Source: a virus (taxonomy: Duplodnaviria > Heunggongvirae > Uroviricota > Caudoviricetes). From it: 20,544 nucleotides of DNA. The notes beneath the pieces were generated by a model that was not told the origin of the DNA, ran no database searches, and worked only from the letters and a program-made list of their open reading frames with translations. Shown here piece after piece: positions 8,169-18,483 of the stretch. Position 1 is the stretch's first letter. Every line of letters starts with the position of its first letter. The stretch lies in the IMG/VR virus record IMGVR_UViG_2529293044_000023; one strand, 5' to 3'. Both the position numbers and the translations under genes were made by a program.

Positions 8169-9827
8169 TTACTGACTCAAACTGTTTATATTTTTCTGGA
8201 GTTGTTGCTTTGCTTGCATGATGCGCCAAGCCTCAGTGCCTATTGGCATCTCGCTTCGCTCACCTCGTTCCTGAGACAGAGGAATCGTTGCCTGCAATTT
8301 TTCTATAGTTCTCTGCGTCCGCTGACGGCCTTTGGCAAACCGAATCAGCTTGTGTTTGATGTAGTTACTTACTTCTGGGCTTATTTCCATCGGGAAACTG
8401 CTCAACCCATCAGGCCATTCACCGAATTTCTCCCTGAAAGTGTGAGCACACCATCCATCACTGACTGGACGCCCCAGCGAAGCACGCTGGCGCTGATAAA
8501 ATTTGATCTGACTCCACCAGGACTGTTTCTCTGCCTTCGTCGACTGATGCTGATTTTTACCCAGCTTATTAAGTTTGCGGCTAGTGTCAGTATCAACGTC
8601 TTCACCTCGCAGCGGCTTGTGTCCACATTTCGGGCAAACATAGACGCCAGCTGGCTTCATGTAGTGGCATTGAGGGCATTCATGTGGCAGTTTTTCGGCC
8701 CGTTCCTCAACTGCGCGGCGCGCGCTTTCCTCCATGCCATCAGACTTACCGGGAAGATCGTCGTACTCGATTGAATCCGGATAACCCAAACGGTGCACGG
8801 TGCCGCTGTGATCGAAGATAAGGCAGGACGCTTTACCCGGTGCGGTGCGCAGCCCACGCCCGAGTGCCTGCAACCAGCGAATTTCGCTTTTTGTTGGCCT
8901 GGCGTAGATGATGCAACGAACGTCACTATCGAATCCGGCTACCAGAACGCCCACACTAACGATGATTTTCGTTGCACCGGTTTCAAAGCGGTGAATGATG
9001 GTCTGGCGCTCATCTACCGGAGTGTCGGCGGTCATTACCTCAGCGTTAACACCCGCCAAGTTAAACTGGATTGTCAGATAATTGGCGTGAGCTACGTTGA
9101 CGCAGAAAGCGATGGTAGGTAGATCCCGACCATTCTCCAGCCAGTTCTGTACGATGTCGCCCACCAGCGTAGAGCCGCACATGATTTCAGCCAGCTGTGT
9201 TTCGTTGTAATCGCGGCCGTACTCAAGCGAAGATGTGGTTTTAACACCTTTCAGATCCGGCTTAGTTGGCGCGTAAAATTCGTATTTACTCAGATCGCCA
9301 CGCTGGATTAACTCGCCGATGGTGGTCGGCTTAATCAGTCGGTCATAGTATTTGCCCAGGAACGGAGAAAACGGAGTACCCGACAGGCCAATCACCTTTA
9401 CGCCTTTGCCGCGCAGACGTTCGATATCCTTCAGGATGCGTTTTTTACGCAGGTGCGCTTCGTCGATAATCAGCAGATCGATATTTTCAGGAAAAACACG
9501 ACGAATAAGCGTGTCAGCGCTGGCAATCTGAATTTTCCGGTCCGGATCGTAGTTCGGGTGATCCGCCCAGATATAACCGATTTCATCTCCAGGTAAACCA
9601 TACTGCACGAACCGATTAGCCGTCTGACCAATCAGGATGGTGTACGGAACACAGAACAGAACACGCATACCACGGCTGACAAAACCAGCAACTATGAAGG
9701 CTGCCAGACCCGTTTTACCGCTACCTGTTGGCGAGTAAACCATGAAGGTGTCGTTTGCCTTCCAGTCACGGCGCAACATGTTTAGCGCTCGCTCCTGTGC
9801 AAAATTCGGCGTGATTGTCAGCTGCAT
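8169..9827 (-). CDS. Superfamily-2 DEAH-box DNA helicase (phage replication helicase) with C-terminal zinc ribbon
   Basis: Walker A SPTGSGKTG, DEAH box LLIIDEAH, motif III GLSGTP, arginine finger region ALGRGLR. CPQCHYMK...CPKCGHKP forms a zinc-ribbon motif. Confidence 0.85.
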   Translation of the reverse strand: MQLTITPNFAQERALNMLRRDWKANDTFMVYSPTGSGKTGLAAFIVAGFVSRGMRVLFCVPYTILIGQTANRFVQYGLPGDEIGYIWADHPNYDPDRKIQIASADTLIRRVFPENIDLLIIDEAHLRKKRILKDIERLRGKGVKVIGLSGTPFSPFLGKYYDRLIKPTTIGELIQRGDLSKYEFYAPTKPDLKGVKTTSSLEYGRDYNETQLAEIMCGSTLVGDIVQNWLENGRDLPTIAFCVNVAHANYLTIQFNLAGVNAEVMTADTPVDERQTIIHRFETGATKIIVSVGVLVAGFDSDVRCIIYARPTKSEIRWLQALGRGLRTAPGKASCLIFDHSGTVHRLGYPDSIEYDDLPGKSDGMEESARRAVEERAEKLPHECPQCHYMKPAGVYVCPKCGHKPLRGEDVDTDTSRKLNKLGKNQHQSTKAEKQSWWSQIKFYQRQRASLGRPVSDGWCAHTFREKFGEWPDGLSSFPMEISPEVSNYIKHKLIRFAKGRQRTQRTIEKLQATIPLSQERGERSEMPIGTEAWRIMQAKQQLQKNINSLSQ

Positions 9828-9938
9828 TGTGCTGTCCCCGCAGTGATGAGATAATAATTTTGTGATGTGGTTTTCATGGATTCCTCCTCACATGGCTGGT
9901 GGTCTCCCCAAAGGCTGCCAGCCCCTTTCCGAATCAAC

Positions 9939-10307
9939 TCACTTAAATTTCGTCGCACGAATAACGTCAATTCCGTTCTCGCTATATCGAAGAGGGTGCT
10001 TACCATCCCTGAGCAGGACAAAGCCTGACATCCCCTCAGGTAGCTGAGCCAGCTTCATCAACGAACGGTTGCGGGGAGACTTCTTATCGACCTCAATGGC
10101 ACACTGCTGGCCGTCTGATGATGTAACCAGGCAATCAATAAACCCTTTACGACCACCGCTAATGCTGATGCTGAAATTGCGTTGCAGATGGTATCCCTGA
10201 GACTTGATTTTTTTCTGCATCACATAATCGAAAACGACTTTGTCATCGGAGCGAATGAATTGCTCTTCCAGGAGAGTGATTAAATTTTGCTTCAGGTCTT
10301 CACTCAT
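9939..10307 (-). CDS. Hypothetical protein (122 aa), possible PD-(D/E)xK-like nuclease motif
   Basis: ATG-initiated ORF upstream of the helicase. Motif GFIDCLV...AIEVDKK is loosely compatible with a D...(D/E)xK nuclease signature. Weak RBS. Confidence 0.45.
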   Translation of the reverse strand: MSEDLKQNLITLLEEQFIRSDDKVVFDYVMQKKIKSQGYHLQRNFSISISGGRKGFIDCLVTSSDGQQCAIEVDKKSPRNRSLMKLAQLPEGMSGFVLLRDGKHPLRYSENGIDVIRATKFK

Positions 10308-10556
10308 ACTTTTTTATCCATCTTGTACTAGCTTTCTGGTACAGCCGTTTTTTCAGGGGTATCCCCCTTTAGATCGAGATCTACCTAACCTATGTACCCG
10401 TCTGTTGGAAAAGCCTGTTCCAGTGCTTCGCACTAACACACGGGCACTCCTCCCCCTCCCCTCCTCTCATTGAATTTTGTGCGTACTCTTTAACTAGTAC
10501 AAAAATGCAATGAGATTTGGGATTCAGCCACCGGACACCTTTAAGCCCGGTACCAA

Positions 10557-12818
<2,262 letters not shown>

Positions 12819-12821
12819 TCA

Positions 12822-13094
12822 TCATTCGTTTTTCATAACTGCCGCATTTGTGGCTGTGTGACTTCTACGTAACAAATCAGGGATTGCATCTTCAGGATGG
12901 GGATAAAGATCTGGTCTTAACCCATGAGGAGTAACTTTCCATTCCACAACTTCACATACACGCAAGACGAAACGAGCAGGAATTGTTCTTTTTGAAAACC
13001 ATTGGTTCACAGCTTGCGGCGTAACGCCTAGATTTCGCGCTATGGCATTTTGTGCAATTAGCTCACGAAGTGCGTCGTAATCATTTCCTTTCAT
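12822..13094 (-). CDS. Cro-like HTH transcriptional regulator (YdaS/Cro family)
   Basis: 90 aa with an HTH (NAIARNLGVTPQAVNQWFSKRTIP). Transcribed divergently from the cI-like repressor, 134 bp away, which is the Cro position. Confidence 0.7.
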   Translation of the reverse strand: MKGNDYDALRELIAQNAIARNLGVTPQAVNQWFSKRTIPARFVLRVCEVVEWKVTPHGLRPDLYPHPEDAIPDLLRRSHTATNAAVMKNE

Positions 13095-13228
13095 CGCAAC
13101 CCACCAATCTAAACTTTATAAATTCAAGATTACATCAAGTTTAAATTAACATGCAAGTCCACAAAAGATCGAATACACTAAAATCAAGTAAAAATTTATC
13201 GAAACCAAGTAACCAGCAAGGATTAACA
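13095..13228. promoter_or_regulatory. Divergent promoter/operator region between cro-like and cI-like genes (OR-like)
   Basis: AT-rich 134-bp intergenic region with repeated ATCAAGT-type motifs (13134-13140, 13183-13189, variant 13204-13210). Minus-strand TTATAA/TATAAA -10 candidate ~20 bp upstream of the cro start. Exact promoters not resolved. Confidence 0.45.
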
Positions 13229-13918
13229 ATGAAAAACTTAAAGAGCACTGAAAATCGAATTACAAAGCTGCTACAGGAGAAAGGCTGGAGCCAAGCAGAG
13301 CTGGCCCGAAAATTAGGTGTCAGCGCACAGTCCGTACAGTACTGGACAACAGGAAAAACATTTCCAAGGGGAAACCGGCTTGCCCAGTTATCCGAAATAA
13401 GTGGTTATCCGCAATCGTGGTTTTTAGGAGAAATCACGTCACGGCAGTTCTCTTCAAAGGAAAAACATCAAGCAAGAACTGACAGTGTGGTCTTTAACGT
13501 GCTCGATGTTGAGTTTAGTTGCGGCGATGGAACACATGTCCGTGGGGACTTTATCGATGTAGTTCGCTCAATCGAGCTTGATCCTGAATATGCCCGTCGC
13601 CTTGTTGGCAATAGAGCATTTCAAAACATAGAGATTGGTAACGCAAGAGGAGATAGTATGGCTCCAACAATAGCCCCAGGAGATCTTCTTTTTCTCGATA
13701 AAACAGTGAATTACTTTGATGGTGATGGCATTTATGCTTTTTGCTTTGATGGTGAATGCTACGTCAAAAGATTACAAAAGATAGGAAGTAAAATCATGGT
13801 GTTATCTGATAACCCAAATTACCAATCCTGGAGCATTGAAAAAGATGCTCTTGAGCTGCTTTATATCCAATCGAAGGTAATCTCATCTGTTCCATTCAAT
13901 ATAAATAGATTTGGTTAA
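13229..13918 (+). CDS. cI-like prophage repressor (N-terminal HTH_XRE, C-terminal LexA/S24 autopeptidase domain)
   Basis: HTH (WSQAELARKLGVSAQSVQYWTTGKTFP). S24 catalytic Ser in GDSMAPTI and Lys in ECYVKRL. AAGGA RBS 6 nt before the ATG at 13229; the track's 13151 start adds a low-complexity extension without an RBS and is rejected. Confidence 0.85.
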   Translation: MKNLKSTENRITKLLQEKGWSQAELARKLGVSAQSVQYWTTGKTFPRGNRLAQLSEISGYPQSWFLGEITSRQFSSKEKHQARTDSVVFNVLDVEFSCGDGTHVRGDFIDVVRSIELDPEYARRLVGNRAFQNIEIGNARGDSMAPTIAPGDLLFLDKTVNYFDGDGIYAFCFDGECYVKRLQKIGSKIMVLSDNPNYQSWSIEKDALELLYIQSKVISSVPFNINRFG

Positions 13919-13939
13919 TTATTGATTATTAAAGAAAAA

Positions 13940-14060
13940 TTTACAAATCAAGTAAAAGAGACGCAGAAATCAATTTTTTCTTGACAACTCCATCAATCAA
14001 GATCTAACATCACACCATCAATTTTGACTTGATTTATTGTTAATTTTAAATTGATGGTGA
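13940..14060 (+). promoter_or_regulatory. pL/OL-like early promoter-operator region driving the rightward early operon
   Basis: Two sigma70-like candidates: TTGACA (13981-13986) with TAACAT at 18-bp spacing, and TTGACT (14025-14030) with TAAATT (14047-14052) at 16-bp spacing. Operator-like motifs AAATCAAGTAAAA (13945-13957), ATCAAGA (13996-14002) and ACTTGAT (14027-14033) overlap them. Confidence 0.45.
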
Positions 14061-14064
14061 TTCA

Positions 14065-14493
14065 ATGAAAGATCTGACAACCGCTGAGATATCGAACTTA
14101 AACCACTTCGAAAAAGAATCCTTTGCATTAAATATTGCAAATCTGGTAGGTGCTGCTCGTACTTTCCATTTAATTGATGGTGATCGCTCTAAAGAATTGG
14201 GGTTTGAAGTCATGGAGTTTGTTCATGAATACGCCCTGTCTGCTACTTATCCATTACATAATCACATAATCAACAAACAACCAAATAAAATCCGCACCCA
14301 ACGCGAAGCCTGCGGCTTAACAACCGCCGAACTCGCCAGGCTGCTCGATCTCGATGAAGAAATTATCATCCAGTGGGAAAGCGGAGAGTACGAACCAACC
14401 ATCAGCATGCTTATCCCTCTGGCTAATGTTCTTGGCTGTGATCCAATGTTGTTATTGACTGATGCTTATAAACAAAATCAGGAGGAAGCATAA
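14065..14493 (+). CDS. HTH_XRE-domain protein (C-terminal Cro/C1-type HTH), first gene of the early operon
   Basis: 142 aa. C-terminal half IRTQREACGLTTAELARLLDLDEEIIIQWESGEYEPTISMLIPLANVLGCDP is a typical XRE HTH. N-terminal ~70 aa unrecognised. GGTGA RBS. Confidence 0.65.
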   Translation: MKDLTTAEISNLNHFEKESFALNIANLVGAARTFHLIDGDRSKELGFEVMEFVHEYALSATYPLHNHIINKQPNKIRTQREACGLTTAELARLLDLDEEIIIQWESGEYEPTISMLIPLANVLGCDPMLLLTDAYKQNQEEA

Positions 14494-14494
14494 G

Positions 14495-14686
14495 ATGAAA
14501 ATGTTCAAAGGCCTTACCAACGAACCGGAGACAGCTTTTCATCACATTGCCGTACTGCTTGAAGCGGGGTTAATCATTTCGGCTTCCGGTGATGAAGAAT
14601 GTGATGAACTTTCGGATGATATCTTTTTACTGGCACAACAATACGCCAAAAGCGCATGCGATGCATTTAAGGAGCAAAGAACATGA
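14495..14686 (+). CDS. Hypothetical small acidic protein (63 aa)
   Basis: ATG preceded by AGGAGG. The track start 14462 is an upstream alternative without an RBS. Confidence 0.5.
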   Translation: MKMFKGLTNEPETAFHHIAVLLEAGLIISASGDEECDELSDDIFLLAQQYAKSACDAFKEQRT

Positions 14687-14874
14687 TAACTCCATTAAAT
14701 ATTCTTGAGGAAGTGGCGGCACAAATAAAAGAGAATACATCAATGCTTGAATTTATATTTAAGAATTCGCCCGACCAAGGAGAGACAGACGATTATTTAT
14801 GCTGTCTCATTCGCTCCATGAATAAGACCTGTGAAATGGCTTACGAGTATATAGAAACACTACGCAACGAATAA
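14683..14874 (+). CDS. Hypothetical protein (63 aa)
   Basis: AAGGAG RBS; start overlaps the previous stop as ATGA, suggesting translational coupling. Confidence 0.5.
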   Translation: MITPLNILEEVAAQIKENTSMLEFIFKNSPDQGETDDYLCCLIRSMNKTCEMAYEYIETLRNE

Positions 14875-14956
14875 AGAACACTCAGTAAAAAATCACACAT
14901 AAAAACATGACGGCCTCTGGTCGTGGATTTCCACAACCAGAAAATAATGGTGATGC

Positions 14957-15055
14957 ATGAAAAATAGAAACGCTTATAAAACCGCATTATTAATGGCTAA
15001 TGCAGGATACTGGTCAGTTGCAATACTGTTTCTCAGAAAAGCATACGGGAAATAA
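14957..15055 (+). CDS. Possible small hydrophobic peptide (32 aa)
   Basis: MKNRNAYKTALLMANAGYWSVAILFLRKAYGK has one predicted TM-like segment. Weak RBS. Below the ORF-track size cutoff. Confidence 0.25.
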   Translation: MKNRNAYKTALLMANAGYWSVAILFLRKAYGK

Positions 15056-15058
15056 CAA

Positions 15059-15418
15059 ATGGCATGTACAACCATTTATAAAGATCGTCGCCGCATGGTA
15101 ACAGCGGCACTCCGGCGGATGCAACGTAAAACAGGTAGTAATCTGCTCGTCGTTGACCTCCCGGACGGAGAAATAACAACGATAGAAATAACTGAACAGT
15201 TCATGAACCAGTTGTTATTACGATTTGAGGGTCTTACCCGTGTTGAATATGGACGGACGGAAGGAGAAGCAACAATCCGTACCGCATACCAGAATGCCAT
15301 CGGTATTAATCAACACACGGAATATCTCACTGAATCAGGGAAACTGATAGTGGACGGCCTTTTAAAAGAGGTTGTTGACTACGTAAAAGAGAAATATATC
15401 AGTGGAGGAATTAACTGA
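15059..15418 (+). CDS. Hypothetical protein (119 aa)
   Basis: ATG-initiated ORF in the early operon; its stop overlaps the next start. Confidence 0.55.
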   Translation: MACTTIYKDRRRMVTAALRRMQRKTGSNLLVVDLPDGEITTIEITEQFMNQLLLRFEGLTRVEYGRTEGEATIRTAYQNAIGINQHTEYLTESGKLIVDGLLKEVVDYVKEKYISGGIN

Positions 15419-15627
15419 TGTCTGATTTATCCCCTCTTATACACGAAAAAGTACAGATCATTATGACGATTGAAAATGGTCAGGTAATAAATACCCGTAA
15501 AGTTCACAATAACGAGATGATTGCCAGCATGGATACCTTCTTGTGGATAGCAAAGAAAGCGGGATATCAGGTAATCGCTCCTGATCTGGAGGAAATCGGT
15601 GACATTAACAGCAATACGAATTCCTGA
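15418..15627 (+). CDS. Hypothetical protein (69 aa)
   Basis: GGAGG RBS; start overlaps the upstream stop (TGATG). Confidence 0.55.
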   Translation: MSDLSPLIHEKVQIIMTIENGQVINTRKVHNNEMIASMDTFLWIAKKAGYQVIAPDLEEIGDINSNTNS

Positions 15628-15850
15628 GTGGGTGCACCTGCAGGCGGTCCGTGTTCTCCGCCAGTTCAGAGCCAGACGAATTCATCCCTGTCGTATGCAC
15701 GGCTCCGGAAACCTGAGTCTGAGGGTTAATCGCCGCTGGCGGCTGCTGTCCCGAGACGGCGGCCAGAACTGGGAAGTAATGAGCCATGAACGATACAGCA
15801 AAGTTAAGGACCGGAAATGAACAATAAACCTTCAAACCAAAAGGAGAGTA

Positions 15851-16432
15851 TTGATGATTAATTCAACCATTACCCCTGAACCTACATTAACAGGCATCCG
15901 TTTTGGTAATCGAATTATTGGTTATTCAACTGCGGTTCGCCAGATCGACAACGGTAACTATGACAAACGAATTCCGGACGGGCTCGATCTGATAGCTTGC
16001 ATTATGGAAGGGATTGAAAGCGGCTGGTTTATGCCGTGTATTGAAAAACAAATCATCCTATGGCGCTGGCTTGTTGTCGCCGTGTTCATTGCTGAGGAGC
16101 AGGAGAAGAACGGGACTGTCGATGTTCAGAATGACAAGGGCGGCGTAGATACAGCCGTTGTATACACAGGAAAACCCGGTTCAATCAGCATTTATCCATG
16201 GTCTGAGCGCTTCGCGCTCGCTAACCATATCGAGGCGGGCGCAATTGAAAAATACGGGCCTGACGTTGGCCAGCAGATGGCGCTGCGTATGTATCAGGAC
16301 ATGGTTGTAACTGACGAGAAATGCGGATTCAGGCTGTCAGCGATGGGCCGGGAGGGACTCAACATACTACATGACAGCTTCATTGAACTGATTCAGAAAG
16401 ACGGTATGCCAGACATGCCGGTTATGCACTGA
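15851..16432 (+). CDS. Hypothetical protein (193 aa)
   Basis: AAGGAGAG RBS 7 nt upstream of the ATG. No domain recognised. Confidence 0.6.
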   Translation: MMINSTITPEPTLTGIRFGNRIIGYSTAVRQIDNGNYDKRIPDGLDLIACIMEGIESGWFMPCIEKQIILWRWLVVAVFIAEEQEKNGTVDVQNDKGGVDTAVVYTGKPGSISIYPWSERFALANHIEAGAIEKYGPDVGQQMALRMYQDMVVTDEKCGFRLSAMGREGLNILHDSFIELIQKDGMPDMPVMH

Positions 16433-16443
16433 GGTGGACGAAA

Positions 16444-17190
16444 ATGAACATAGTAACGATCAATAACAAACAGCTTCCGGCAGTCGAATATCGCGGTCAG
16501 CGTGTTGTGACGCTGGCGATGATTGATGAAGTCCACCAGCGACCGGAAGGAACAGCGCGTGCAGCATTCAACCGAAACCGTGAGCATTTCATCAGCGGTG
16601 TGGATTATGCCGAATTAGGTGCGGACGTAATACGTACGGACCTCCCGGAAGGAACATTCTCTAAATTTGCACCATCAGGGATTGTACTTTTTGAATCAGG
16701 TTACCTGATGTTGACGAAGCCATTCAATGACGCCCTTGCCTGGCAGGTTCAGCGCGAACTGGTTAACAGCTACTTCCGCACTCGCACACCGCTAACGGAA
16801 ATCGAGATGATCGCTGCGATAGCCGCCGACGCTGTTCGTCAACAGAAGCGCCTGAATCATGTGGAAGAACAGCTCGAAACAGTCACAGAAGCGGTGGAAA
16901 CCATCAAACGCGGAAATATGCGCGCCGGATATGTCGGTTATCGCCAGGTGGTCGCCAAAAGCGGAATGACTGATGCTAAGTGCCGCAATCTGGTCAATGC
17001 CTACAGCATCCCAACCGATACGCACGAATTTATGACACCAGATGGTCTTCTTTCGCGCCGGGCTATCGTGGAGCTGGAGCCATTCATGAAAGCATTTCAT
17101 CAGATGATGTCAGAGGCAGAGCCACGTGGTACCCGCTGGTATCACCCGAAGATGGGGCTGTTTCAGGTGATTGGTTGGGAGGGTAAATAA
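16444..17190 (+). CDS. Putative phage regulatory / antirepressor-like protein (KilA-N/ORF6N-like N-terminal domain)
   Basis: N-terminus LPAVEYRGQRVVTLAMIDEVHQRPEGTARAAFNRNREHFISGVDYAEL resembles ORF6N/KilA-N domains, judged from memory only. 248 aa. Confidence 0.5.
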   Translation: MNIVTINNKQLPAVEYRGQRVVTLAMIDEVHQRPEGTARAAFNRNREHFISGVDYAELGADVIRTDLPEGTFSKFAPSGIVLFESGYLMLTKPFNDALAWQVQRELVNSYFRTRTPLTEIEMIAAIAADAVRQQKRLNHVEEQLETVTEAVETIKRGNMRAGYVGYRQVVAKSGMTDAKCRNLVNAYSIPTDTHEFMTPDGLLSRRAIVELEPFMKAFHQMMSEAEPRGTRWYHPKMGLFQVIGWEGK

Positions 17191-17528
17191 TGTCACTCAT
17201 TACACAAAATTTCCGCCTCAATGCGCTGGCAAATCAGTATGCGGCGGCACTGCACAACCACATATCCGCCACCAGCGGTGGTCATTTCCTGATTAATGTC
17301 AATGGGCAATCCATACGAGTAAACATCATCGGTGGGGTTAAAGGCATCAGGGACTTAATCGATGGTTATGCTCTGAAGGCTATCAAAGAAAATTACCCCC
17401 AATGGGAAGCCGTTGGTATTCAACTGTTAAGCAAATGCGTTCGTGGAAACGAGCTGACGCAAAGCGGCAAAGAAATCTGGCAGAGCATGGTCAACGACAT
17501 GAGCGATACCGTTATGGGGAACATGTAA
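17190..17528 (+). CDS. Hypothetical protein (112 aa)
   Basis: Start overlaps the upstream stop (TAATG); ORF in operon context. Confidence 0.55.
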   Translation: MSLITQNFRLNALANQYAAALHNHISATSGGHFLINVNGQSIRVNIIGGVKGIRDLIDGYALKAIKENYPQWEAVGIQLLSKCVRGNELTQSGKEIWQSMVNDMSDTVMGNM

Positions 17529-17750
17529 ATGAAAATCCAATACCAGGACTATGGCGCCGTAGCGAACATCGTGATCACCAGTTCCTGCCTGACATTGCAA
17601 AAGCATAACCGCGTTGTTGATGCGGTGCTGTTTAATGTACAGGGGATCTCTGAAAACCGCAGCGGCTTTTTCTGGGTTAAGTCATCGTTGTCAGGAAAAA
17701 CACGCGACATCCTGCGCGCCTACAAAATCGTACAGCGGGAGGCAAAGTGA
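17529..17750 (+). CDS. Hypothetical protein (73 aa)
   Basis: Starts one nt after the upstream stop; ORF in operon context. Confidence 0.5.
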   Translation: MKIQYQDYGAVANIVITSSCLTLQKHNRVVDAVLFNVQGISENRSGFFWVKSSLSGKTRDILRAYKIVQREAK

Positions 17751-17845
17751 TGAAGTCATTCCTCCTGTCCATACTGTTTAGTCTGCTGCTGGCGTCCGTC
17801 GTTTTCGGTACGCTGATTGAATATAAATTTTTAATGAATTACTGA
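17750..17845 (+). CDS. Possible small membrane peptide (31 aa)
   Basis: MKSFLLSILFSLLLASVVFGTLIEYKFLMNY is a single hydrophobic helix. ATG overlaps the upstream stop (GTGATGA). Below the ORF-track cutoff. Confidence 0.3.
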   Translation: MKSFLLSILFSLLLASVVFGTLIEYKFLMNY

Positions 17846-17853
17846 GGTGCGGG

Positions 17854-18009
17854 GTGGGCAAGATCAAAAACCCAGTTGTACTTATCCATAAGCGAGAAAA
17901 TAGTGACTCCTACGCCGTTACAATCACCTGCGGTAGCCAGAACTATCACGACGCCGTTCTGATGGCGTCGATGGAACTGGATATGAGTGACGATGATGTC
18001 GATACCTAG
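17854..18009 (+). CDS. Possible small protein (51 aa, GTG start)
   Basis: GAGG 6 nt upstream of GTG. Product VGKIKNPVVLIHKRENSDSYAVTITCGSQNYHDAVLMASMELDMSDDDVDT has protein-like composition. Fills an otherwise empty 180-bp gap. Confidence 0.3.
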   Translation: MGKIKNPVVLIHKRENSDSYAVTITCGSQNYHDAVLMASMELDMSDDDVDT

Positions 18010-18027
18010 AGTAAAACAGGCTATTAC

Positions 18028-18483
18028 ATGGCTGAAGAAATCGAGCGACTGAAACAAGCACTTTCCGCTGCGGAAAATAATCTGATTGATTCCGAATGCC
18101 TCGTAGCTGAATTAAGCAAAGCAAAGGATCACGCATATGGGCTGGTCGACACATACGACTGGCAACGTCAGCGTCTCCACGCAGCCGCTGAGAAAGTCCT
18201 CAAATGGTGCAGACAAGAAGCTGAACACCGTACCGGCGATCCAGAGAAAGCAGAAAACTATGCGTGCGTTAAAGAACTACGCGACGCATTAACTTTTTGC
18301 AAAAGTTCTGAAAGCAGCAAGAAGAAAGGCCTGACTATCACCCTGCCCGATATCACATCAAAGGCATTCTGGAGCGGTACCGGAAAAAACGCAAAATTCC
18401 ATCCGGCAACCTATAAACGCTGGGTGAAAGAAGCTATTAAACGGGATTGTGTTATTGCCGGGATCGGCGTGGAGGTGAAATGA
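18028..18483 (+). CDS. Hypothetical early protein (151 aa)
   Basis: ATG-initiated ORF with a coiled-coil-like N-terminus. No family recognised. Confidence 0.55.
   Translation: MAEEIERLKQALSAAENNLIDSECLVAELSKAKDHAYGLVDTYDWQRQRLHAAAEKVLKWCRQEAEHRTGDPEKAENYACVKELRDALTFCKSSESSKKKGLTITLPDITSKAFWSGTGKNAKFHPATYKRWVKEAIKRDCVIAGIGVEVK

Noticed and set aside
13151-13228. Upstream ATG start for the cI-like repressor (track start 13151)
   Set aside because: It adds a 26-residue low-complexity extension with no RBS, whereas the ATG at 13229 has AAGGA at optimal spacing and starts directly at the HTH domain.
14917-14940. 10-bp stem hairpin (CTGGTCGTGG-ATTT-CCACAACCAG) as a terminator inside the early operon
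   Set aside because: Not followed by a U-run on either strand. More likely a protein-binding palindrome or RNA-processing site; not called as a terminator.
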